Assembly: GCA_965261345.1 (NCBI GenBank)
Contig: OZ253449.1
Location: 1,251,317-1,315,316 of the forward strand
Direction of reading: 5' to 3'
From: Chloroflexota bacterium
GTDB taxonomy: Bacteria; Chloroflexota; UBA11872; VXNJ01
DNA: 64,000 nt
Shown here: piece after piece, positions 56,268 to 64,000 of the stretch
Layout of the letters: every line of letters starts with the position of its first letter
How positions within the stretch are numbered: the first letter of the stretch is position 1
The notes under the pieces: generated by a model
What the model was told of the DNA's origin: nothing
Seen by the model: only the letters and a program-made list of their open reading frames with translations
Database searches by the model: none
Translations under genes and position numbers: made by a program

Positions 56268-57117
56268 TCACGCCGCCGCCTCGATCGCTTCCAGGGGCGC
56301 CAGGTAGCCGAGCGCCGAGTGCGGGCGCACGGTGTTGTAGTCGATCCGGAAGCGCTCCAGCATCACCCTGGCTTCTTCGAGGGTGAAGAATATCTCGCGG
56401 TCCAGGAGCTCGTCGCGGAGCTTGGATATGAACGATTCCGCATAGGCGTTCTCCCAGGGCGCTCCGGGCTTTATGTAGACGGTCTTGACGCTGTTGCCAG
56501 ATAGCCATTGCCTTATCGCTTTGGCGGTAAATTCGGGGCCGTTGTCAGAGCGGATGTGCTCGGGGACCCCGTGGATGAGCATGAGGTCGGCGATTGTCTC
56601 GATCACGTCCCGGGCAGGGAAGGATCGGGCCGCCCGGGCCGCTAAGGCCACGCGGGTGAACTCATCGACCACGGTAAGGATCCGCAGTGGTCTGCCGTCC
56701 TCGGTGCGCTGGTTAAGCAAAGTCGTAGGCCCAGACGTGATTCGGGCGCTCGGCCATAAGCCGCGTAGAGCGTCCGTTCTCCAGCCAGAGGCGCGACTTC
56801 TTGACCTTTCGGATCGGGACCTTAAGGCCCTGCGCGCGCCAGATGCGCAATACCCGTTTGCGGTTCAGTTTCCAGCCCGAGTGTTTAAGCAGGGCGGTGA
56901 TGCGCTTGTAGCCATAGCGGGGGTGCTTGAGGGAAAGCATCCTGATCTCGGCTACGAGGTTGTCCTGCTCCGGATCGGGTTTTGGGATGTAGCGCTGGGT
57001 GCGGCGCGATTGGCCCAGCACCCGGCAGGCTCTTCGTTCAGACACCGGGAACTTGGCCCGGACGTGGTCGACGCACTTGCGCCGCCGCTCCGGGCTTAGA
57101 AGTTTCCTTAAGGCCTC
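56268..57117 (-). pseudogene. IS3-family transposase OrfB (DDE integrase core), disrupted
   Basis: The OrfB-like sequence 'EALRKLLSPERRRKCVDHV...SERRACRVLG...HVWAYDFA' continues in the SAME frame as OrfA, directly after its TGA. A 1-nt indel near 56713-56720 then shifts the frame to 'RTEDGRPLRILTVVDEFTR...SDNGPEF...YNTVRPHSALGY'. Confidence 0.75.
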
Positions 57118-57375
57118 TCATTGAAGGATCTGGTTGTCGAGCGTTAGATCGGCCACCGCGTGTTTTAAGCGCTTGTTCTCCTCGCGCAGGCGCTTGTTCT
57201 CCTTGGCCTCGGCGAGCGTCATCCCGCCGTAGCGGGAGCGCCAGCGGTAATAGGTCTGGACGTTGATCGCCGCCTTGCGGCAGCTCTGCTCGACGGTGTC
57301 GCCCTGGGCGACACCAAGCTCTATGGCCCGGAGCTTGTTGATGATCTGTTCGGGCGAGTACTTTCGCTTCGCCAT
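57118..57375 (-). CDS. IS3-family transposase OrfA (HTH)
   Basis: 'MAKRKYSPEQIINKLRAIELGVAQGDTVEQSCRKAAINVQTYYRWRSRYGGMTLAEAKENKRLREENKRLK' is a typical IS3 OrfA with a leucine-zipper end. Confidence 0.85.
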   Translation of the reverse strand: MAKRKYSPEQIINKLRAIELGVAQGDTVEQSCRKAAINVQTYYRWRSRYGGMTLAEAKENKRLREENKRLKHAVADLTLDNQILQ

Positions 57376-57697
57376 TGCAGTCCCCTTTCGTTGGAACCAG
57401 ATTATTCACATTCCCTCTGGTACCAATGAGGGGGAGCCGGCCACTTGGACGCGGCAATATTGATTGGTCCGCAATGTATTCAACCAGGGCTTGGCCACTA
57501 CACAAAGGCTGGCTTCCGGGCGCGCTGGAGTGTGCGACCGCCCCTCCTGATGCCGCGGCCGGGACGCTGGTAACATAGGCGCGCGCTCTTCAATAATGTA
57601 TTTCGGTTAAGAAAAGCGATGTGTCAGGCCGAAGCATCCAGATCGGCCGATCTGGGATTGTGTCGTCAACAAGCCTGCCAAGCAAGGAATCTGAACT

Positions 57698-58645
57698 ATG
57701 GGAATCGACCCGGCGTTGTTTCGTCCCGAGGCGATCAGTGCGGAAATGCGGGCCTTTAATGCCCGCCTGGGGGAATTGATGGCCCAGGACCCGGGTGAGG
57801 AAATCACACCCGAGTACATGCGGCGGCGGCGGCGCGAGGGCAGCCCCTAGCAGATACCACAGCGCAGGCTCGATGTTGGAATCGATGACAGTTGCCCCGG
57901 ACCCGACGGGCCGGTTCCGCTGCGAATTTTTGTGCCCGAGCGCTGCGAGGGCGTTTACCTTCACATCCACGGTGGAGGATGGGTGTTCGGTGGCGCCGAT
58001 CTTGAGGACGAAAGTCACTGGCGTAGGGCCCAGGAGTGCAACGTAGCGGTGGTAAGCGTGGAGTACCGACTTGCGCCCGAGCACCCGTACCCGGCCGCAC
58101 CTGACGACTGCGAGGCGGCCGCGATCTGGCTGGTCGAAAACGCGTCCAAACGTTTTGGGTCAGATCGGCTTCTCATCGGGGGTGAATCAGCTGGAGGGAA
58201 TCTTTCGGCGGTCACCCTGCTGCGGATGCGCGATAAGCACGGGTTCACCGGCTGGTCGGGCGCCGACCTGATGTACGGCGCCTACGAATTCGCCGGCGGC
58301 ACTCCGGCGCGAGAGATAGTCGGACGCAACAGCCTGGTGCTGCGAGCAGAAACGATGGAACGCACGTTGCGGAGCTACTTTGGTTCCGTCGATCTCACTG
58401 ATCCGGACGTTTCGCCGCTACGGGCCTGCCTGCACGACATGCCGCCGGCGCTGTTTAGCTGCGGTACCGCCGATCCGCTAATCGACGACACCCTTTTCAT
58501 GCACGCGCGCTGGATCGCAGCGGGCATCCGGGCCAAGATCGCGATCTACGCGGGGGCCACCCACGCCTTCGATGATTTCAAGGCACCGCCGACGGAGTCG
58601 TCCCACCAGCGTCGATTCGAGTTCATCCGCAGCGTCCTGGCGTGA
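57698..58645 (+). pseudogene. Alpha/beta hydrolase (hormone-sensitive-lipase-like esterase) with an in-frame TAG at codon 51
   Basis: ATG 57698 opens 'MGIDPALFRPEAISAEMRAF...RREGSP', then TAG at 57848-57850. The same frame continues 'QIPQRRLDVGIDD...PLRIFVPERCEGVYLHIHGGGWVFGG...GGESAGGNLSA'. The track lists only the part from 57932. Confidence 0.7.
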
Positions 58646-58846
58646 TCTGACGGGAACTGATCCGAACCCTTTAAGAGACCCCATCCTCGTGGCGGTTGCA
58701 AAATCAGCCGCCCAGATGCGCGAGTTCCGCCGGGACCTGATCGTGCCGCGGCATCGGCGCAAACGCTGGACAATTGCCCCGACCGAGGGCGGATGCAGCC
58801 CGGTGCCGCGCTTGAATCTGCAGGCGTTACTAGTGTCGACGGCGTC

Positions 58847-59254
58847 CTAGGCCAGATTCACCTGCCAGCTCACTCCGAAACGGTCGTTGATCCAACCAAA
58901 TTTTCGGCTGAATCCGTAGGTATCAGCCGGCATTAGCAGCTTGCCCGCTTCCGCCAACCCGCCAAAGATGCGTTCGAATTCGGGCTCGCTTTCAACCTCA
59001 ATAAATAGCGAAAGCGACGGCGTAAACGAGAACTGGTGCGCGACGGCGCTGTCGATTGCCATTACTTCGAGCCCGTCAATTGAGAACCGAACCAGCCGAA
59101 CCGTCCCCGCATCGCCATTTTCATCTCCGGGGCCGTAACGGTCGATTTCAATCACGCGCGAACGCGGAATAAGCTCCACGTAAAAATTGATCGCTTCTTC
59201 GGCTCGACTGTGCTGTTCACCAGCAAACATTAGGAATGGCGCAATTTTTTGCAT
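58847..59254 (-). CDS. VOC-superfamily protein, PhnB/YjdN-like (3-demethylubiquinone methyltransferase-like domain)
   Basis: 135 aa with 'IAPFLMFAGEQHSRAEEAINFY...', 'FTPSLSLFIEVES' and 'GFSRKFGWINDRFGVSWQVNL'. Confidence 0.75.
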   Translation of the reverse strand: MQKIAPFLMFAGEQHSRAEEAINFYVELIPRSRVIEIDRYGPGDENGDAGTVRLVRFSIDGLEVMAIDSAVAHQFSFTPSLSLFIEVESEPEFERIFGGLAEAGKLLMPADTYGFSRKFGWINDRFGVSWQVNLA

Positions 59255-59836
59255 TGTTCCTGCAGCTTCATTTGCCCGCGGGGTCCGGCGGGATTATTGC
59301 TGGCCGGACGGGTCGATCGGGATCCGAGCCAGAAAACGCCCAATTCTTGAATTGTTCCCGAGGACAGCAGATCCGATACCGTGTGGATGCGGGAGCGGCC
59401 TTCGATACCGAAATCAGGCCTGGTTGCCGCGGCAGGACTTGCCCGCTGTCGCCCGGCTCGGTGCTTGGGGCGGTCTGATCCGGAGTTAGCTCGATCGCCT
59501 TTTTTTGATAGATCTGGATCCTGAACGCGCCAAGGTCGGCGACGAACAGTCTTATCTGCTCGTCCACCAATACCGAATCGGACCCGCATCGCGGCCGGTC
59601 CATGCTATTCGGGCGCGGTCCGGCCAGGTTTGGACCCGCGCACTCAAGACGCTGTACCCGGGTCTGTCCCGCCCGTTTGTCTTTCGATCGCGCAACACCT
59701 CGAAGGTTTTCCACCAACGCTTGCCGCGAAACCAAAGTTACCTACTTGCAAACCGGCGCAAAACGGGAATTGGCCAAATCGATATTGCCTACCATCGATT
59801 CGGGAATATCTTCATTTGACTTGAGAACTGGACTGT

Positions 59837-60220
59837 TTGCCGATGCGGATGCAACTTGGCGCTTTTTCGATCAGCCTCGCGGTTGCCGACATCGATGCTT
59901 CCTGCGCCTTCTACCAAAGATTCGGGTTCGAAGTCGTTGGCGGAGATCGCGAGCAGAACTGGTTCATCCTGCGCAACGGCGATCACACCATCGGTCTTTT
60001 TCAGGGAATGTTTGAGAAGAACATCCTCACGTTCAATCCGGGTTGGGATAAATTCGCAAACCCGCTCGATTCGTTCACCGAAGTGCGGGACCTGCAGCGA
60101 CGGCTCAAATCCGAGGGCCTAACACTTGCGAGTGAAGCCGACGAGAACGGTTCTGGCCCGGCCAGTTTTGTGGCCGTAGACCCCGACGGCAATCCAATCC
60201 TGGTCGATCAGCATGTATAG
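59837..60220 (+). CDS. VOC-family (glyoxalase/bleomycin-resistance fold) protein
   Basis: 127 aa with '[24 protein letters not shown]' and '[16 protein letters not shown]'. The start may be one of the nearby ATGs (59843 or 59849). Confidence 0.75.
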   Translation: MPMRMQLGAFSISLAVADIDASCAFYQRFGFEVVGGDREQNWFILRNGDHTIGLFQGMFEKNILTFNPGWDKFANPLDSFTEVRDLQRRLKSEGLTLASEADENGSGPASFVAVDPDGNPILVDQHV

Positions 60221-60395
60221 GGAATCGCGGTCTGCATAGATTGAGTAACCGCCTCAATCGCTATCGGTATTGACCAATTGCGGCTACCAAGGCGGGAACA
60301 ATGGGATTTCCTTGTGTGGTAATCTGGCCGCCGTCGAAGGCGATTAATCCTGCCTCCGGCCGCAGTCATTCCATGCTGAACCACCGAGGCAGGCT

Positions 60396-61520
60396 TTAGC
60401 GCCGGTCTTGCGCCTCCACCCAAGCGGTTACCCGCTCGTTGGCGGCTTTGATCAGGGGGACGTTGTCGGGATCCTCGCGTTCCATCTCGTCGAGGAGTCC
60501 GCGCCTGCGGGCCTTGTTGCGCTGGTAGGCCCCGCAAAGGTGGAAGCCCACGCAACCAGGGTTCTGCTGCAGCTCGCCCAAAACCGAGGCATACCAAGCG
60601 CCGTCGTTGGGCACGAATCCATCGGGGCCGACACTCCCTACGCGGGCGGCATCTGCCAGCAGAACTGGTTTGGCGGTGTTGCGGTGCCAATGGTCCAGGT
60701 GGGCGCCCGGTTGGAAAAAGTCCTGGAATGAGAGCACGTCCACGTACGGCATCGCCACTGTAACTATTTCATTAGCGAGCGGCGCATTGGCCTCATAGCG
60801 GTCGCCGAGGATGAGGTGATGCGGATCGTAGCGCCGGATGGCATCGTGCGTGGTCTTGTAATAGCGTCGCGCCAATTCGGCCAGTTCGCGGCGGCCGCTC
60901 TCACTGCCAAGAAGTTCTGGGTCAAAGATCGGTCCGCGCCACTTGTTTGGTTCTTGAACGTGCGTCCACGTTGGGCAGTCGCTGTAGAAGTAGCCAATCA
61001 GGTTGCTGTCTTCGCGCAATTCGGCGCAATGCGACCTGGCAACGTAGTCGGCCCATTCGCCCCACTGCGAGCTGCGGAAGTCAAAGTGGCGCGTGTGCTG
61101 TTCCCACTGGTGGGATTCGCTAAAAGGAAGCAGATGGCAGTACGGCATCGCCAGGGCGCGGTACTCGTCATTGGTAAATGGCCGCGAGTGCTGCCAATGC
61201 CGCACCGTCACTTCCTGCACCCATCCCACCGTATTGAAACCCCAACGGGTGAGGTTGGGAACCACCGATTCGCGGATCCAACGGGTGGTGCTGCCCCCGT
61301 AGCGGGTCTGCCAGATATGGACGTTTTCCGGATAGCGAAGACTGGCCGGATCAATGTGGTTGAGACCGAGCGAAAAGAATGGCTCGCCGTCGGGGGCAAT
61401 GAACCACCAGCGGCCGTGCCGGCGGCCGAGGCTGAAGTATCCGGTGGGATCGGTCTGCGTGGTTCCAGCTGCGTGCTCGCCGACTGGATCGGGTGCCGCA
61501 AGGTTTCGGAATGAAGTCAT
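60396..61520 (-). CDS. Putative glycoside-hydrolase-like TIM-barrel protein (family not assigned)
   Basis: 374-aa ORF with good coding character. 'WWFIAPDGEPFFSLGLNHI', 'WGFNTVGW' and 'IGYFYSDCPTW' resemble clan GH-A hypothetical hydrolases. Weak call by eye. Confidence 0.5.
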   Translation of the reverse strand: MTSFRNLAAPDPVGEHAAGTTQTDPTGYFSLGRRHGRWWFIAPDGEPFFSLGLNHIDPASLRYPENVHIWQTRYGGSTTRWIRESVVPNLTRWGFNTVGWVQEVTVRHWQHSRPFTNDEYRALAMPYCHLLPFSESHQWEQHTRHFDFRSSQWGEWADYVARSHCAELREDSNLIGYFYSDCPTWTHVQEPNKWRGPIFDPELLGSESGRRELAELARRYYKTTHDAIRRYDPHHLILGDRYEANAPLANEIVTVAMPYVDVLSFQDFFQPGAHLDHWHRNTAKPVLLADAARVGSVGPDGFVPNDGAWYASVLGELQQNPGCVGFHLCGAYQRNKARRRGLLDEMEREDPDNVPLIKAANERVTAWVEAQDRR

Positions 61521-61864
61521 CGCCCTCGCTCAGTGTGCGAAAAAGCCAAAGTGGCGGCGCGCTCCAGTGCCACCTGCGCGATCGGCGGGCATGGGGCGGA
61601 GCGTTCCGTTGCCGCACTAGCCAGCGTAAACCGCTCGCACGATGATTTGGGCGCAGCGATTCGACTCAGCGTAAATGGTATACGTAGATCAGGGCGGCGG
61701 CGCCAAGGCCTTGGCGCCGGGCAATCCGGGCGCGCTCCTGCGCCACTCCGGGAATGCTCAGTCGCAGGCGTCGATCCAGCGGGTGGGCGGTGAGACCGTG
61801 GGCCTTCGACGATTGGGGCTCGACGAACGATTCGGCGGACCAGGCTGCCCGAAGAAAGCCAAAT

Positions 61865-62557
61865 TTACGAAGCTATTCGTCCGATTTCGGGCCACCCGCG
61901 CCATGTTCCCTCGAACCCTGCCACGCGATAGTCGGCGTCGGCATACCAAAGCTCGCCCGCGCGAATGGAGAGGCCGTGCGGAAACGGGTCGTCGGGACCG
62001 AAGGTGATGCGGTCGATTTCCCGCCCGGATTCGGCGTCGTACTTCACTACCAATTTCTCGCCGGTATGCGCGCACCAGAGGCCGTCGCCTACGCGGGCCA
62101 GCCCATGCAATCGTGGCAGTTCGATCGGAAAACTCGCCAGCACGGCGTAACTGTCCCCGTCCACCAGGGTGATTGCTTGGGGATTAAACGCCGTCAACCA
62201 GATATTCCCGTCATCCCATTCGAGGCCGTGGACGCCGCCGCCGTCAGGGGTCCTGAATCGGTCTACCATTTCGCCGGTCTGGGGGTCGAGCTTGAGCACC
62301 CAACCCAGCCCGGTGTCGGTGGGACGCGGGTCCCGCACCGCAGTCTTGCCGTTAGACGCCGTCCAGATAGAACCGCCGCCCGCGGTGATTCCGGAGCCGT
62401 TCTCAGTGGGCGATCCGATGGTGCGAACGGTTTCCCCGCGCTCGTTCAATACAAAGATGTCATCGGATTTCTGGTCCAACACGTACAGTTCGTCACCCGC
62501 CCACTGCAGTCCGTTTGGGTGCACACAAGGCGAGTCGAATTTCTTGACCGGTTTCAT
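61865..62557 (-). CDS. Beta-propeller repeat protein (glutaminyl-cyclase-like / YncE-like fold), function unknown
   Basis: 230 aa with repeated blades of the type 'HPNGLQWAGDELYVLD', 'GSGITAGGGSIWTAS', 'VHGLEWDDGNIWLTA', 'LHGLARVGDGLWCAH' and 'PHGLSIRAGELWYAD'. Confidence 0.55.
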   Translation of the reverse strand: MKPVKKFDSPCVHPNGLQWAGDELYVLDQKSDDIFVLNERGETVRTIGSPTENGSGITAGGGSIWTASNGKTAVRDPRPTDTGLGWVLKLDPQTGEMVDRFRTPDGGGVHGLEWDDGNIWLTAFNPQAITLVDGDSYAVLASFPIELPRLHGLARVGDGLWCAHTGEKLVVKYDAESGREIDRITFGPDDPFPHGLSIRAGELWYADADYRVAGFEGTWRGWPEIGRIAS

Positions 62558-63238
62558 GGTCGGCAGCTCGCTTTTCTGCGGTGGTGGCTATGGTCGCCGG
62601 GCGATCGCGGCAATTGGATTGCGGGGGTGTTTGACTGCCCCGGTTCGGCCAATTCTTGCCTACTCGCGATACGGCGCTGCTATTGCCGGGCGTGGCCGTG
62701 AGTTTCCCTCACCGGCGCACCGTGGCGAAATCTTTGGGCACGATTCGGTCTCCATACTTAGTTGGAACCCGGTCACGCCCGGGAATGGGCGAATTCCGGA
62801 TTGCGCCTCCGCTGTAATGCGATCCTCCGCCCAATTTCTCCAAAGGTTGCAACGCTGAGGTAAAGGTCGGAGGTCCGCTGTGAAGCAACCGAAAAAATTT
62901 AGGCACGGTTTATACCCAGCCGGCACAGCCTCGAAAGCACATCGGAGTCAAACAAGAACGCGTAGACGCCAGGAGGCCTAGGCGACCATTGGAGGCGATC
63001 AAATCCCCGATCATCCCGCGGGTTCTGAATTGACAGTTCATCCAAAGTTGGGGGAGTCAGCTTTCTTAAGACTTCGCAGTTCGATCGTTGTCGCACATGA
63101 TTGAAGGTGGCCCGAAAAATTCGGTGAAGAGGCTTTGTGCCCGCAAAATTGCGGGTTTTCCATCGGTCCGCATGGGGCGGTCCTTACGCTGGGCGCGTCA
63201 ATATCCAGTGATCCAAAAATCGTTCGAAAGTCGCATCC

Positions 63239-64000
63239 ATGCCGGACAGATCCATTTCAAGCCTTGAAACCGTAGATCTGCGGACCGTCTGGGCGGACGA
63301 ATCCCAGCATTTCACTCCTTGGCTGGCGAAACCCGAGAACCTGGCGCGCTTAGGGGAGGCTCTGGGGCTCACGCTTGAACCGCACCGCACCGAGCAGCAG
63401 GTCGGTAGCTTTAGCGCGGACATTTTGTGCCGGCGGCCCTCCGGTGGCGACGACGACGAGTCGTGGGTCGTGATCGAGAACCAGTACGGTCGAACGAATC
63501 ATGATCATCTGGGAAAGCTGCTTACCTATACGGCTGGATTAGATGCACGGACCGTGGTTTGGGTCGCTGAGAAATTCCGCGACGAGCATAGAGCTGCTCT
63601 AGACCTTCTAAACGACAGCACCACGCAGGACTACGCGTACTTTGGCATTGAAATTGAGTTGTTAAAGATTGACAACTCGCGGCCGGCGCCTCGGTTCAAC
63701 GTTGTCGTCCAGCCGAACGACTGGGCGCAAACGGTCAAGCGCACTGGCTTCGACAGTGAGCTTAGCGAGACCAAGCGCCATCAACTCGATTTTTGGACGG
63801 GGTTCCAAGGGGTTCTCGAAACGGAAGGAGGTATTCCCGCCACACGACCAACGCCAACTGCGTACATGACGCACCAAGTTCCAGTAGCAGGAGTCAGGGT
63901 CGTTTCGTTCTTTACGGCGTGGAACTCCGCCAGGGAAACCTTCTCGATCGGCGAACTGCGGGTGGCGCTAGAGTTCTATGGCTCGGATCGTAAGACGAAC
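63239..64000 (+). CDS. DUF4268-type, PD-(D/E)xK-nuclease-like protein; 3' end is outside the window. This ORF is absent from the supplied track
   Basis: My own translation from ATG 63239 is open to the window end: 'MPDRSISSLETVDLRTVWADESQHFTPWLAKPENLARLGEALGLTLEP...QQVGSFSADILCRR...WVVIENQYGRTNHDHLGKLLTYTAGLDARTVVWVAEKFRDEHRAALDLLN...FGIEIELLKIDNSRPAPRFNVVVQPNDW...'. Confidence 0.65.
   Translation, partial: MPDRSISSLETVDLRTVWADESQHFTPWLAKPENLARLGEALGLTLEPHRTEQQVGSFSADILCRRPSGGDDDESWVVIENQYGRTNHDHLGKLLTYTAGLDARTVVWVAEKFRDEHRAALDLLNDSTTQDYAYFGIEIELLKIDNSRPAPRFNVVVQPNDWAQTVKRTGFDSELSETKRHQLDFWTGFQGVLETEGGIPATRPTPTAYMTHQVPVAGVRVVSFFTAWNSARETFSIGELRVALEFYGSDRKTN

Larger units (their letters stand above)
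56079..57443 (-). mobile_element. IS3-family insertion sequence, 1365 bp, with 4-bp target duplication CTTG
   Basis: The ends are TGGCAGGTCCCCGGTTTTGGTACCAGG... (56079) and ...CCTCTGGTACCAATGAGGGGGAGCCGGCCA (57443), which are imperfect inverted repeats beginning TG. CTTG is present at 56075-56078 and 57444-57447. Confidence 0.85.

Noticed and set aside
60816-62701. Plus-strand ORFs of 232 aa (60816-61514) and 315 aa (61754-62701)
   Set aside because: They are antisense to the GH-like gene and the beta-propeller gene respectively. Neither has a repeat or motif structure of its own.

Overview
High-GC (roughly 65% by eye) bacterial chromosomal window. The synteny glnK-amt / glnA, alaX-ileS, holB-yaaT, rpsO-pnp-dapB-asd-dapA-udg-rnj-ftsK, trxA-leuS suggests a Terrabacteria-type genome (Actinomycetota/Chloroflexota-like), but I cannot assign a taxon from sequence alone. 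Bases 1-34.3 kb are mostly housekeeping. Oddities there include two tandem, near-identical enolase-superfamily genes and a PNPase with a ~190-aa RGG/RDRDGD repeat tail. Bases 34.9-41.2 kb are accessory-looking: a duplicated nucleoside 2-deoxyribosyltransferase / MFS-transporter module with one copy inactivated by two nonsense codons, plus a third enolase-superfamily paralog. The most interesting stretch is a visibly lower-GC islet at about 43.7-47.1 kb. It holds a DUF1883-like/TIR protein transcribed divergently from a 501-aa Abi/UG-class (non-retron, non-group-II) reverse transcriptase, separated by a 680-bp spacer with no convincing ORF. I flag this as a candidate uncharacterised RT-TIR defence module. 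Next to it lies an IS graveyard (47.1-52.5 kb) with IS256, IS110, IS3 and IS21 pieces, a structured RNA-like segment and a 34-bp perfect palindrome. BrnT/BrnA and HicA/HicB toxin-antitoxin pairs follow, then rarA, an IS3 copy with a 4-bp target duplication, and miscellaneous enzymes. No rRNA, tRNA or CRISPR array was seen. All family calls are motif recognition by eye on the supplied translations; nothing was aligned or searched.
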